Shown here: positions 1-13,322 of the stretch, piece by piece
How the letters are laid out: every line of letters begins with the position of its first letter
Position numbering within the stretch: the stretch's first letter is position 1
Assembly: GCF_036365525.1 (NCBI RefSeq)
Contig: NC_090404.1
Coordinates: 3,224,001 to 3,288,000, forward strand
DNA from: Heterodontus francisci
Lineage: Eukaryota
DNA: 64,000 nt
Direction: 5' to 3'
The notes under the pieces: model-generated
What the model saw: the letters and a program-made list of their open reading frames with translations, nothing else
What the model was told of the DNA's origin: nothing
The model's database searches: none
Program-made: the position numbers and the translations under genes

Positions 1-615
1 AGTGACACTATATGTACAAATCGTTTTTCCAAGACCTTTGACATTGGTTAGGTATATCTATTTTTAATTGTTCGGTTTTCCACTCAAGGCTAAAGCTTTT
101 TCATTAAAAAGCTAAGGCTTCGATTTATATATCAGTCCGTTTGAATGCTACCCCAGTACTTCTGAAATTGTTACACTCTCTGAGTACTTCAGTGAACTAT
201 CATCCTGGATTATAGATTTTATATGCAGTGTGTGGAGGCATCTCACAATTTTCTAACAAGCAGGATGGGCTGTTAACAATTGAACTCAGTTATGATTCCT
301 GACATTTTTATCTCTCAATTCCAGTCAGCTCCTTCATTGATTAAACCTTAGGTTGTTCTATTGAAATTGCATTTCTTTATTATCCTGTAGTCAACATCAA
401 TGGCTAGTAATTATGTTCCAGATTATTACCAGATTCACTGTCTTCAATATAATTGAGGTAGAATTACAGATGACATTTGGAATTTGAAAAACACACAATT
501 CAACTAAGTAACAATAAGCTATCTAATTGTTCCATTTTCTATATTATTCATGACAATTCTTTAATTTCTTTTCATTCAGATTTGTGACATTATTCTTTCA
601 GAAGAAAACACTTAC

Positions 616-675
616 TGGGTTCCACGATTAGTCTGGTCCCACTTCCAAAAATAAACTTGAAGTTTCCATCCCTCA
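616..675 (-). CDS. TRAJ: J w1 RDGNFKFIFGSGTRLIVEP (family A)
   Basis: RSS cacagcg 676-682 /12/ acaaaaact; donor GTAAG. Confidence 0.9.
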
Positions 676-850
676 CACAGCGCTACACTGCCTAACAAAA
701 ACTTACTGTGTTAATTATTACTCTTTGTCTAATTTACCATTGCAATTTAAAGTAAACAGACACCACTTTAACTTATTCATTTAACACAAATATTTTCATC
801 TACCTCTTTATCTCTATTTACCTACATATAGGAATAATAACTTAGTGCTT

Positions 851-1830
851 CATACGAACATACGAATTAGGAGCAGGAATAGGCTACTCGGCCCCTCAAG
901 CCTGCTCCACCATTCAATAAGTTCATGGCTGAACTGATTACTCTACATTTCCACCTACTCCAGATAACCTTCACCCCCTTGCTTATCAAGAATCTATCTA
1001 TCGCTGCCTTAAAAATATTCAAAGACTCTGCTTCCACCGCCTTTTGAGGAAGAGAATTCCAAAGACTCAGGACACTCTGAGAGAAAAACAAATCTCCTCA
1101 TCTCTGTCTTAAGTGAGCGACCCCTTATTTTTAAACAGTGACCCCCAGTTTGAGATTCTCCCACAAGGGGAAACATCCTTTCCACATCCACCCTGTCAAG
1201 GCCCCTCAGGATCTTATATGTTTCAATCAAGTCGCCTCTTGCTCTTCTAAACTCCAGTGGATACAAGCCTAGCATGTCCAACCTTTCCTCATAAGACAGT
1301 CTGCCTATTCAGGTTTAGTCTCGTAAACCTTCTCTGAACTGCCTCCAAAGCATTTACATCCTCCAGATGTAGTCTCACCAATGCCCTGTATAACTGAAGC
1401 ATAACCTCCCTACTTTTGTATTCAATTCCCCTTGTGATAAATGATAACATTCTAATAGCTTTCCTAATTACATGCTGTACCTGCATACTAACCTTTTGCA
1501 ATTCATGCACTAGGACACCCAGATCCCTCTGCATCTCAGAGCTCTGCAATCTCTCACCATTTAGATAATATGCTTCTTTTTTATTCTTCCTGCCAAAGTG
1601 AACTATTTCCCACTTTCCCACATTATATTCCATTTGCCAAGTCTTCACCCACTCAATTATCCCGTCGGAGCCTCCTTATGTCCTCCTCACAAGATACCTT
1701 CCTACCTATCTTTGTATCATCAGCAAATTTAGCTACCATACCTTCATCTCAGTCATTTATATAAATTGTAAAAAGTTGAGGCCCCAGCACAGATCCCTGT
1801 GGCACACCACTCGTTACATCCTGCCAACCA
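851..1830 (-). mobile_element. 5'-truncated CR1-type LINE (end of RT ORF2 plus 3' UTR)
   Basis: ORF pieces WQMEYNVGKW...RDLGVLV and RRARGDLIETYKIL; (TTCGTATG)n tail at 851-866; absent from the paralogous 1.45-kb units. Confidence 0.9.
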
Positions 1831-2291
1831 GATAGGCACATAGATATATAAATATTTAGAGGCATCAGTGAATATCAAAAGATAACACTTGAGAATCATA
1901 TTTACTTAATATTGATGAATTCATTTAAACATTATTATAATATTACATTCCACAGAATTTACACCACAGAAGCAGGCTTTTCCATCCAACTGGTCTATTC
2001 CAGTGCTTCTTCTCCACACGAGCTTCCTCCCACCCCTTTCATTTAATCCTATCAGGGTATTATTATATTCCATGGCCTCTTCTATACTTATTCAGCTTCC
2101 CCTTAAATCCATACATGCTCCTGGCCTCAACTATCCATGTGGTATCAAGTTGCAGACTACAAAAAGAAGTGTTACAACATTCAGGAATGTTGAACATATA
2201 GAGAAATGATCTGTTTCAGTGTAGGCAGTACAGAGAACAGACACATGTATGTAAGTAGATAGTTAGTCTATAGATATTAATGAATACCTAC

Positions 2292-2351
2292 TTGGCTCCA
2301 CAGTTAACGTTGTCCCTTTTCCAAATATGAGTTTATCACGAGCTGCATTCA
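2292..2351 (-). CDS. TRAJ: J w2 NAARDKLIFGKGTTLTVEP (family D)
   Basis: RSS cacagca/12/gcaaaaacc; donor GTAGG. Confidence 0.9.
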
Positions 2352-2862
2352 CACAGCATTGTATCCTTTAGCAAAAACCCCCTTCAGATTTACTGTGGTG
2401 TTTTATTTGCTCACTCTGGCAACTGTATTTGAATAGTTGGTGTAGTCCAATGCCATAATACTGACACTATCTGTACAAATCATTGACATTTATTAGACAT
2501 ATTTATTTTAATGATTCTGTTTTTCACGCAAGCATGACTGATTTTTCTTGAAAAAGCTAAGGCTACAATTTACAAATCAGTCTTTCTGAATGCTTTCCCA
2601 GTACTCCTGAAAGTGCAACCAATACTTTCCTGAATTATCATCCTGGATTATATATTTCATAGGCAGTGTGTGGATACACATCTCACAATTTCCTAACCAA
2701 CAGGATGGGCTGTTAACAATTGAATCAGGTTAGGATTTCTGATATGCAACAATAGGTAACAATAAACAATCGAATTCTTTTATTTTATAGATTATTCATG
2801 AAAATTCTTTAATTTCTTTCAATCAAATTTGTGACATTATTCTTTCGTAAGACAACACTTAC

Positions 2863-2922
2863 TGGGTTCCACGATTAATCTGGTCCCACTTCCAAAAATA
2901 AGATTTAAGTTTCCATCCCTCA
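2863..2922 (-). CDS. TRAJ: J w3 RDGNLNLIFGSGTRLIVEP (A)
   Basis: RSS cacagcc/12/gcataaacc; donor GTAAG. Confidence 0.88.
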
Positions 2923-3543
2923 CACAGCCCTACACTGCATAGCATAAACCTTCTGTGTTATTATTATTCCTTGCCCATTTTACCATTGCAATTTAAATTA
3001 AACAGACACCACTTAAACTTTTTCATTTTACATGTATATTTTCATCTACCTCTCTATCTCAATTTATCCAGGATAGGAGTTAAACCTTTTGTGATTCATG
3101 TATTGCATAAGCAGCCACATTGATACATAAATATATAAAGGCATCCAGGCATACCAAAATCTCTCCCTTGGCAATTATATTTGCTGAATGTTGATTGATT
3201 AATTTCAACGTTATAATAATATTACATTACAACTAATGTGCAGCACATAAACAGATTGTTCCTTCCAACTGGTCTATTCCAGTGTTTCTGTTCCTTAGGT
3301 GCTTCCTCTCACCCACTTAATCTAATCCTATCATTATAATTTTATATTCCTTATGCCCTGCTGTAATTATCCAGCTTCCCCTTAAATATATCGATGCTAC
3401 TCACCTCAACAACCCCATGTGCTATCAAATTACAGACTCCAAAATAACATGTTACAATTTTCAGGACTGTTGAAGATATAGAGAAATTAAATACACATGT
3501 ATGGAAGTAGATAGATAGTCTACAGTTATTAATGAATACCTAC

Positions 3544-3606
3544 TTGGCTCCACAGTTAACTTTGTCCCTTTTCCAAAGATGATCTTATAGCTAGCTCCAG
3601 TGTTCA
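3544..3606 (-). CDS. TRAJ: J w4 NTGASYKIIFGKGTKLTVEP (D)
   Basis: RSS cacagca/12/gcaaaaact; donor GTAGG. Confidence 0.9.
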
Positions 3607-4316
3607 CACAGCATTGCATCCTTTAGCAAAAACTCCCTGTAGTAATTTGTTTGCTTCTTCTAGCACTTAAATCTTAATACTTGGCATCATACAATGCCAT
3701 AATGATGTCTCCATCTGTCCAAATTGTTTTTACATGACCATTGACATTTATTAGGCACATCTATTTTTAATTATTGTTTTTAATGCAAGAATGACTAATT
3801 TTGCATTAAAAAGCTAAGTCTTTGATTTATACAACAGTCACTCCGAATGCTTCCCCAGTACTTCTGAAAGTGCTATGCTCTCTCAGTGTTTTTCTGAATT
3901 ATCATTCTTGATTATATATTTCATATTTAGTGCATGGATACATCTCACAATTTCGTATCAGATAGGATGGGCTGTTAACAATGGAATACAGTTATGATTC
4001 CTGACACTTTTCCCTCCCAATTTCAGGCAGTTCTTTCACTAATGAAACCTTAGGTTGTTCTATTGAAATAGTATTTATTTATTATCCTGTAGTTAACCTC
4101 AATGGCTGGTAGTTATGTTCCAGATTATTACCAGAATCAGTATCTTTATTATCATTGAGGTAGAGTTGTAGATGACATTTGGAATTTGATATAAACACCA
4201 TGCAGCTAACTAACAATAAACAATTTCATTGTTCTTTCTTCTGCATCATTCATGGCAATTCTTTAATTTATTTTCAATCAGATTTGTGACATTCTGCTTC
4301 ATAAGACAACACTTAC

Positions 4317-4376
4317 TGGGTTCCACGATTAGTCTGGTTCCACTTCCAAAAATAAGCTTGATGCCTCCAGTATTCA
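4317..4376 (-). CDS. TRAJ: J w5 NTGGIKLIFGSGTRLIVEP (A)
   Basis: RSS cacagcc/12/acaaaaacc; donor GTAAG. Confidence 0.9.
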
Positions 4377-5003
4377 CACAGCCCTACACTGCCTAACAAA
4401 AACCTTCTGAGTTAATTATTATCCTTGTCTATTTAACCATTGTAATTTAAGGTAAATACCACGACTTAACTTTTTCATTTCACATTTATATATATTTATC
4501 TAGCTCCCTATCTCTATCTACCCACACAATTATGTTGCATGGACAGCCACAACGATACATAAATACGTGGAGACATCGATGCAAATTAAAAGTCAACCCT
4601 TGTCAATTATATTTGCTGAATAGTTGATTAATTAATTTTAACATTATAATAATATTACGTTGCAAAGAATTTACCCAAGAGAAACAGGCTTTTCCATCCA
4701 ACTGGTCTATTCAGCATTTCTGCTCCACACACGCTTCCTCCCACCCTCTTTCTCTAATCCTATAAGGATAATCTTCGATTCCCGTCTCCCTGTTCAACTG
4801 ATCCAGCTTCCCCTTAAATGTATCCATTCTACTCACCTCAACTACTCCATGTGGTGTCAAGTTACCAACTCCAGAATGAAATGTTACAATTTCCAGGAAT
4901 GTTGAACATATAGAGAAATTATTTGATTGATTGTTGGCAGTACAGAGAACAGATACATATATGCAAGTCGATAGATAGTCGATAGTTATTAACGAATACC
5001 TAC

Positions 5004-5066
5004 TTGGCTCCACTGTTAACTTTGTCCCTTTTCCAAAGATAAGCTTAACGCCAACTCCAGAATCCA
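5004..5066 (-). CDS. TRAJ: J w6 DSGVGVKLIFGKGTKLTVEP (D)
   Basis: RSS cacagca/12/gcaaaaact; donor GTAGG. Confidence 0.9.
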
Positions 5067-5783
5067 CACAGCATTGCATCCTTTAGCAAAAACTCCCTTC
5101 AGATTTACTGTCGTATTTTATTTGCTCATTCTTACAACTGTATTTTAATACTTCGCATCGTCCAATGCCATAATAGTGACACTATCGGTATAAACTGTTT
5201 TTACATGTCCATTGACATTTATTCGGCATACCTATTTTCAATTATTCTATTTTTCACTCAAGAACAACGCATTTTGTGGTCAACAGCTAAGGCTTCGATT
5301 TATATATCAATCACTGAATGCTTTCCTAGCACATCTCAAAGTGCTACACTCTCAGTGTTTTCCTGAATTATCATCCTGGATTATATATTTTATATGTTGT
5401 GTGTGGATACATCTCACAATTTCCTAAGAAACAGGATGGTCTGTTAACAATGGAACCCAGTTATGATTCCTGAAACATTTCGCTCCCAATTTCAGGCAGT
5501 TCTTTCGTTAATGGAACCTTAGGTTGTTCTATTGAGATTGTATTTCTTTATTATCCTGTAGTCAACATCAATGGCTGGCAATTACGCATCAGATTATTAC
5601 CAGAATCAGTGCCTTTAATATAATTGAGGTAGAATATAGATAACATTTGGAATTTGATATACACACGATGTAACTAAATAACAATATGCAATCTAATTGT
5701 TCCATTTTCTAGATAATTCATGACAATTCTTTAATTTCTTTTCAATCAGATATGTGACATTTTTTTCATAAAACTTCACTTAC

Positions 5784-5843
5784 TGGGTTCCACGATTAGT
5801 TTGCTCCCACTTCCAAAAATAAGGTTGTCAGCTGCAGTATTCA
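5784..5843 (-). CDS. TRAJ: J w7 NTAADNLIFGSGSKLIVEP (A)
   Basis: RSS cacagcc/12/acaaaaacc; donor GTAAG. Confidence 0.9.
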
Positions 5844-6488
5844 CACAGCCTTACACATCCTTACAAAAACCCGCTGAGTTTATTATTATAGTTCTTTGTC
5901 CATTTTACCATTGCAATTTAAAGGAAACAGCAACCATTTTAATTTTTTTCATTTCACACATGTATTTTCATCTACCTCTCTATCTCTATCCATCTACATC
6001 TAGGAATAATAACTTAGTGCTTCATGTGTTGCACAGACAGCCACATTGATACATAAATATATAAAAGCATCAGTGCATATCAAAAGCCATCCCTTGGCAA
6101 TTAAGTTTGCTGAATCTTGATGAATTAATATTAACACTATAATAATATTATATTACACAGAATTTAAACCAGAGAAACAGGCTTTTCCATCCAACTGGTC
6201 TATTCAGCATTTCTGTTCCACAGGAGCTTCCTCCCACTCTCTTAATATAATCTTATCAGGGTATTCTTATATTCCTGTCTCCCTGCTGTACTTATCCAGC
6301 TTCCCCTTAAATCCATACATGCTCCTTACCTAAATGTGATAGCAAGTTGCCAACTCCAAAATGAAATGTTACAATATTCAGGAATGTTGAACATGTAGAG
6401 AAATTGCTTGGTTAATTGTTGGCACTATAGAGAACAGACACATGTATGTGAATCGGTAGATAGTCTATAGTTATTAGTGAATACCTAC

Positions 6489-6551
6489 TTGGCTCCACCA
6501 TTAACTGTGTCCCGCTTCCAAAGATGAGCTTTTCGCTACCAGCAACATTCA
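6489..6551 (-). CDS. TRAJ: J w8 NVAGSEKLIFGSGTQLMVEP (D)
   Basis: RSS cacagca/12/gcaaaaaca; donor GTAGG. Confidence 0.9.
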
Positions 6552-7272
6552 CACAGCATTACATCCTTTAGCAAAAACACCCTTCAGATTTACTGTAGTA
6601 ATGTTGTGCTCATTCTGACAACTATATTTGAATACTTGGCATCGTCCAATGTCATAATACTGACACGATCCGTACCAACTGTTTTTATATATTCATTCAC
6701 ATAGATTAGGCATATCTATTTTTAAATAGTCTGTTTTTACGCAAGCATGACTGATTTTGTATTAAAAAGCCAAGGCTTTGACTTATGTATCAGTCCCTCT
6801 GAATGCTTTTCCAGTAATTCCCAAAGTGCTACACTCTCTCAGTGCTTTCCTGAATTATCACCTGGATTATATATTTCATATGTAGCGTGTGGATACGTCC
6901 CACAATGTCCTAGCAAACAGGATGGGCTGTGAACAATTAAATCCAGTTATGATTCCTGACACTTTTATCTCCCAATTTCAGTTATTTTTTTCATTAATGT
7001 AAGTTTCGGTTGTACTATTGAAATTGCCAATCTTGATTATCCTGTACTTATCCCCAATGGCTGGTAATTATGTTCCAGATTATTACCAGCATTAGTGTCT
7101 TTAATGTAATTGAGGTAGTATGGTAGATAACATTTGGAATTTGATATAAACACCATACAACTAAGTAACAAGAAGCAATCTAATCGTTCCATTTTCTAGA
7201 TTATTCATGACAATTCTTTAATTTCTTTTCAATCAGATTTGTGACAGTATTCTTTCATAAGATAACACTTAC

Positions 7273-7332
7273 TGGGTTCCACGATTAGTCTGGTCCCACT
7301 ACCAAAAATAAGCTTTCTGTTCCCAGTATTCA
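7273..7332 (-). CDS. TRAJ: J w9 NTGNRKLIFGSGTRLIVEP (A)
   Basis: RSS cacagcc/12/acaaaaacc; donor GTAAG. Confidence 0.9.
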
Positions 7333-7979
7333 CACAGCCCTACACTGCCTAACAAAAACCCTCTGAGTTAATTATTATTCTTTGTCTATTTTACCATTAC
7401 AATTTAAGGTAAAAACCGCGACTTTGTTTTTTTTATTTCATCTATATATCTTCATCGAGCTCTCTCTCTATCTATCTGCACATGGGAATAATAACTTTGT
7501 GCTTCATATATTGCATAGATAGCCACAGCAATACATAAATACATGGAGACATCGGTGCAGATCAAAAGCCACCTCTTGGCATTTATATTTGCTAAATGTT
7601 GATGAATTAATTTTAACATTATAATAATATTACATTACAAAGAATTTCCACCACAGAAACAGGCTTTTCTATCCAACTGGTCTATTCCAGTACTTCTGCT
7701 CCACACAAGCTTTCTCCAACCCTTTTTCTCTAATCCTATAAGGATAATCTTCGATTCCCCTCTCCCTGCTCTACTGATCCAGCTTCTCCTTAAATGTATC
7801 CATTCTACTCGCCTCAACTACTCCATGGGGTATCAAGTTACCAACTCCAGAATGAAATGCTACAATTTTCAGGAATGTTGACCATATATAGAAATTATTG
7901 GATTGATTGTTGGCAGTACAGAGAACATGCATATGTATGTAAGTGGATAGATAGTCTACAGTTATTAATGAATACCTAC

Positions 7980-8039
7980 TTGGCTCCACTGTTAACTTTG
8001 TCCCATTTCCAAAGATAAGCTTAAAGCCATCAGCATTCA
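7980..8039 (-). CDS. TRAJ: J w10 NADGFKLIFGNGTKLTVEP (D)
   Basis: RSS cacagca/12/gcaaaaact; donor GTAGG. Confidence 0.9.
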
Positions 8040-9072
8040 CACAGCATTGCATCCTTTAGCAAAAACTCCCTTCCGATTTACTGTACTGTTTGATTTGCTC
8101 ATTCTGACAACTATGCTCGAATACTTGGCATCGTTTAATGCCATAATAATGACACCACCTGTATAAACCATTTTTACATGACCGTTGACATTTATTAGGC
8201 ATACCTATTTTCAATTATTCTGTTTTTGCACTCAAGAATAACACATTTTATGGTCAAAAGCTCAGGCTTCCAATTATAGATCAGTCACTCTGAATGCTTC
8301 CCCAGTACTTCCCAAAGTGCTACACTTTCTCAGTGTTTTCCTGAATTATCATCCTGGATTATATATTTTATATGGAAAGTGTGGATACATTTCACAATTT
8401 CCTGACAAACAGGATGGTCTGTTAACAATCGAACCCGGTTATGATTCCTGACACGTTTATCTCCCAATTTCAGTCAGTTCTTTCATTAATGGAACCTTAG
8501 GTTGTTCTATTGGAATCGCGTTTCTTTATTATCCTGTAGTTTACATTAATGGCTGGTAAATATGCATCAGATTATTACCAGCATCAGTGCATTTAATATA
8601 ATTGAGGTAGAGTTATAGATAACATTTGGAATTTGATGAAAAAAACACCATGTATCTAAGTAATAATTACATCTATGCATAGTCATACTTTTCCTCTTAA
8701 TCCAACTATGCTATTCACATCAACTACTCGATGTAGTAGGAAGTCCAACATTCTAACCACTCTATATAAAATTTCTCCTGAAATGTTTATTGTATATTCC
8801 AGAGACTATCTCAGATTGATGACTCCTAGTTTTGGACTTCCCAACAACTGGGGCATCCGTCTCTTTGTCCACCCTAATAAACTTCTTGTTGATATTAAAC
8901 CCTCTGTCAGATGGCTCCTCACCCTTCTCTTTTCTAGGGACAAGGTCCCCAGGCTGTTCATTCTTTCCTGATAGTTATTTTGTAACTTTAATTGCAAAGA
9001 ACCGACGACATATATCAACAAAACAATGTTTTGACTCTCATCATAAATAATACAGAATTATATTTCACTTAC

Positions 9073-9129
9073 TAGGTTGGACCATTAGTTTGGTCCCAGA
9101 TCCAAATATTAGCTTATCGAGAGTCTTCA
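9073..9129 (-). CDS. TRAJ: J w11 KTLDKLIFGSGTKLMVQP (H)
   Basis: RSS cacagta/12/gcataaacc; donor GTAAG. Confidence 0.88.
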
Positions 9130-9436
9130 CACAGTATCACACACCAGTGCATAAACCGTTTTCCCTGATGCCAAGGATATCCACAACATCAACTCAATGC
9201 ATTATCAATATTCCATGTTAAAATATTAACAAATGCCTAGCTCAATAAAACAAAGTTAGATTCTACCCTTCTCACGCATTAATGCTACACATTCACCGAA
9301 CGTAAAACTAGTTAAATTTTTTCTAGATCGACTTGATGGCTAATCACCAACTGTACATCAGTTTGACCAGAATCTATCATTTGCTTACAAACTAATTTAC
9401 ATGGCCATTTTTGAGGAACAATTATTGAGTTCTTAC

Positions 9437-9499
9437 CAGGATTAACAATGAGTCTGGTGCCTCCTCCAAATATAAATTTACCATATCCTTCAGTATTCA
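9437..9499 (-). CDS. TRAJ: J w12 NTEGYGKFIFGGGTRLIVNP (I)
   Basis: RSS cacagta/12/acaagaact; donor GTAAG. Confidence 0.88.
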
Positions 9500-9699
9500 C
9501 ACAGTAATTTATCCCTTTACAAGAACTCGAGATAGACCTGGTTTGCAATGTACCAGTACAACCACGACTGAATGATCATTACTGTTATTTCAATTACTTT
9601 ATATAACTAAGCAATCTAATCATTATTTTAGCCAGATTATTCATGATAATCCTTTAATTGCTTCCAATCAGCATTATTCTTTCATAACACAACACTTAC

Positions 9700-9759
9700 T
9701 GGGTTCCACGATTAGTCTAGTCCCACTTCCAAAAATAAGCTTGTAGGTTCCGTCCTTCC
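9700..9759 (-). CDS. TRAJ: J w13 KDGTYKLIFGSGTRLIVEP (A)
   Basis: RSS cacagcc/12/acaaaatcc; donor GTAAG. Confidence 0.88.
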
Positions 9760-10385
9760 CACAGCCCTACACTGCCTAACAAAATCCTTCTGAGTTCATT
9801 ACTATTGTCTGTCTTGCTGATGCAATTTAAACAGGCACCCATTTTACCTAAGAAATTAATTTTCTTATATTTTGTGACTTTCTGTCTGTCTACTTGGCTG
9901 ATAATATTCCTATTTATCTATTTGTACTGTGTAATCATTTGTTTATTCTATCCTATCATTCTATGTATGGATCTCCAACCTGGAGGAATAACAAACTATT
10001 GCTTTATGTGTTGCATAGACAGGGACATGGATATACAGATATATAGAGGCATCAATGCACATCATCAAAAGGTATACCTTGTCAGTTATATAGCTAATTT
10101 GTTTAATATTGGTTGACTAATTCCAACATTATAATGATATTTGATTCAACGTAGACCGTCATTCCACCTTATGTCTTTTAGTCTTCCAAAGGTACTATAG
10201 TAGCATCAGATGACCAATGGTAGTGAATACTGATCAATCTATAGAATTGTATTTCGTGAATTGGCCAATCATTTCTATTGGGACAAAGTATTGAGCTGCA
10301 GTTCGGATTTTGTACCTAGCATTCTAAATCGTTTATCTAATACCTATTATGATACATAGTCTTCATGTTATACTTCTAAATTTAC

Positions 10386-10442
10386 CTGGTATTATTGTCA
10401 GCTTGCTTCCAGGGCCAAATCTAAGCTTATTGTCATAATCCA
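10386..10442 (-). CDS. TRAJ: J w14 DYDNKLRFGPGSKLTIIP (B)
   Basis: RSS cacagtg/12/gcaaaaacc; donor GTAAA. Confidence 0.88.
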
Positions 10443-10896
10443 CACAGTGTGATATGTCAGTGCAAAAACCTAATCTGATTCTGGTGCCTAATACTGACTA
10501 GAAACTAGATATGGACATGTTATAGAATTGTACATTTTCACTTGGTGTCATATTATGTGGCAGAAAAAGGCTTGTATTTCCTCACTGTCCCTTCCATTTT
10601 ACATTTATGAATTCCTCTACCCCTTTTCCCCCTCACTTTGTTATAAACTGCTGAATTTCTAACCTCTTCCAGTTCTGATGCAAGGTCATCAGCCTGAAAC
10701 TTTGTTTCACTCTCCACACCCGACTTTCTGATCCTTTCCAGCCTTTTCAGATTTTATTTAAGATTTGCAGCAGCTGCAATGTTTTATTTTCAAGTGTTCA
10801 ATTATCGTTTCCACAAGTCAACTTTAATCATTTTGGTTATGCATATGTCCATGTCCCCCAGTAGTTTATAGATAAATACGTTGACTAAATATTTAC

Positions 10897-10955
10897 TGGA
10901 ATTTACACAGTGATCCCACTTCTAAAGTTGAGTTTAGTTTTGGTTCAAAGAGTCT
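10897..10955 (-). pseudogene. Decayed J (family C), KLNFRSGITV*
   Basis: Paralogous to 27931-27993; FGxG lost, stop codons, heptamer ccgagca. Confidence 0.6.
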
Positions 10956-11654
10956 CCGAGCAATGAGCCCCCTATTAACATCCCATGGTAATAACAAGAG
11001 TTCCAGTTGCACCTCAATACACTTTGTCACTAACTGAACTGAGCTGAAATTAGAATGCAATTATTATAATTTTATTGTCAGGTTGTCACCAGAATAATTC
11101 TACTTCCAAATGATTCTTCCAATAGGATGTATTATATTCTCCAAATACATTTAATTGGTGGCTATAGTCCAGGTTGCTAAAAGCATGAATTTTCCTACAG
11201 ATGTAACTTCATTTGTGGCTTAAGATGTACATATTTAAAATCCCTAGATTGACTTCTGGCCTCATTTACAAATGCAAACCTTTGTGCTCCATTAGCCACA
11301 GTGTCTCATACGTCCATGGAAAATCCATTGTATGACATGTTTCCCTACTTGTAACTACTCCCATTCAGGAGTATTGAACTTCAGGATGGTTAAAACTTAC
11401 ACGTCTTTAAGTCTTTTCAGAACAAAATATAAAAAATACACATTAATCTAATGTTTGACTCTAAAGTTAATAATATTGTTATTTTAACTGTGACAAAATG
11501 AAATAGTGACCACACAATGCAGTGGTATATAGCTATTTTAAATTCTGCTGTCATTGTCTTAGATTTTGCAAAGAATGTCCTTCAGCTACATTCTTCAGAA
11601 ACTTGCACTACCTTAAAACAATGATGTTTGCCACAGAATCGTAGCAACCTTTCA

Positions 11655-11995
11655 CAGTTCAAATCCCTCCATGGCCTCGACACTCCCCATCTGCACAACC
11701 TCCTCCAGCCCGACACCACTCCGGCATCTTGGGGCTTTTCCATTTCAGACGTCTTGCGCATCCCAGATTTTCATCGCATCCCACCATCTGGTATTCTCTT
11801 CCCAAGCCCCTCCGACTCTCCAACCCTCTCTCTCCTCCTTTCAGGTGTTCCACGAAGCCTATCTCTTTCACCAGAATGTTGCTCACCTATTCTAATTTTT
11901 CTGTGAGGCACTGTCAACTTTTGTTTGGAAAAGCTCCCATGAAGCGCCACGGGATGTTTTACTGTGTTAAGGACGCTATATAAATGCAAATTTTT
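11655..11995 (+). mobile_element. Old LINE (L2-like) 3' fragment carried in the cassette duplications
   Basis: Tail gaagcgcc..gggatgttttac..gttaa..gcgctatataaatgcaa; related copies at ~16530-16830, 19170-19540, 23390-23620 and 36750-37095. Confidence 0.6.
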
Positions 11996-12286
11996 GTGGC
12001 TGTTTTATTGCACCACATTATTTGGCATTTTCCAAAAGGAAAATGGATCCAGATAGTTAAGTTCAATGTAAAAAATAATTTAAGCTTAATAAGATGCACA
12101 ATGGCAAACAAAAAACTGCACTAATCAGAGCCATTACACATGATATCTGAACTATCATATCCTTCTCCAGCAAGAAGAGGCATAAATTAACTGAGCATGT
12201 CGAGAAATTACTTGAGACATTATAGGCAGTACAGAAAACTCGCATATTTGTAAATACACAGTCTATAGTTATTAATGATGACCTAC

Positions 12287-12349
12287 TTGGTTCCACAGTT
12301 AACTTTGTCCCGCTTCCAAAGATAAGCTTGTTGACACCTCCAACATTCA
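12287..12349 (-). CDS. TRAJ: J w15 NVGGVNKLIFGSGTKLTVEP (D)
   Basis: RSS cacagca/12/gcaaaaacc; donor GTAGG. Confidence 0.9.
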
Positions 12350-12973
12350 CACAGCATCACACCCTTTAGCAAAAACCCCTTTGCAATTAATGTCAGTACA
12401 TTACTGTTCTGACTGGTATTCCTAGTTCAATATTTGATATCACTGAATCCTAGTACCATGAAACTATCTGTAGAAACTATGATCATTGATAATTATTCGG
12501 CACGCATCTGTTTTTTTATTTAGCCTGGTTATAGCTCAAAATAACATTACTTTTTCAATAAAAATGCAGCGTCAGTTCATCAGTTCCCTCGTATGCTTCC
12601 CAACTATTTGTCAATCTGCTGTCCTCGCTCAGTAATTTCATGGATTATTATCCTGAATTATATATTTCATCACTACAGCCGGAATCCATCTCACAACTTT
12701 TTTTTAACATACACAGGGTGGGATGCTAGCAATTGAAATAAGATAATTTTTGACGCTTTTCAATTTCAGAAAGTGCTTGAGGAGAATAGTATAATGCATT
12801 TAAGAGGAAGCTAGAAAAATATATGAGGAAGACTGGACGAATAGGTTGTGCTGATAGAGCCAGATAAGGAAGAATGGGAAGAGGCTCGAGTGGAGTATAA
12901 ACGCTGGCATGGACTAGATGGGCCGAATGGTCTATTTCTGTTCTTTATATTCTATGCAACTCTGTTTAACTTA

Positions 12974-13033
12974 TGGGTTGAGCTTTGAGCATTGTCCCAG
13001 CTCCAAATATCGTCCTGTAGGAGTCAACATTCA
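12974..13033 (-). pseudogene. TRAJ: J w16 NVDSYRTIFGAGTMLKAQP (F), splice donor lost
   Basis: CCCA|TAAG instead of CCCA|GTAAG; RSS cacacca/12/acaataatt. Confidence 0.75.
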
Positions 13034-13265
13034 CACACCATTACAACCCTCAACAATAATTCTTTCCTTCCTAACAATTACCTAATTCACATTGAGAACA
13101 TCCCATCACATTTCCTGAAGTAGATCACTTCTAAATTACATATTCACATCGGTGTGGACCAAATTACATGAAACTGAAGCTGATCCATATTTCAACTAAT
13201 TTGATGACATGCTTCTCTTTTCCATTCTATTGCATAAAGCAGACATCCGTAACCATCTCACTTAC

Positions 13266-13322
13266 TGGGTATAACTTGGAGCCTGGTCCCTGATCCAAAG
13301 ATCAGCTTATCAGCAAGGTTCA
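13266..13322 (-). CDS. TRAJ: J w17 NLADKLIFGSGTRLQVIP (G)
   Basis: RSS cacagcc/12/actaaaacc; donor GTAAG. Confidence 0.88.

Larger units (their letters stand above)
1..8660. repeat. Tandem duplication: five ~1.45-kb units, each with one family-A J, an old CR1 3' fragment and one family-D J
   Basis: A-type Js start at 2863, 4317, 5784 and 7273 (steps 1454, 1467, 1489). Shared intergenic blocks include ttatcatcctggattatatattt, aaccttaggttgttctattgaa and ccagattattaccag. Confidence 0.9.
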
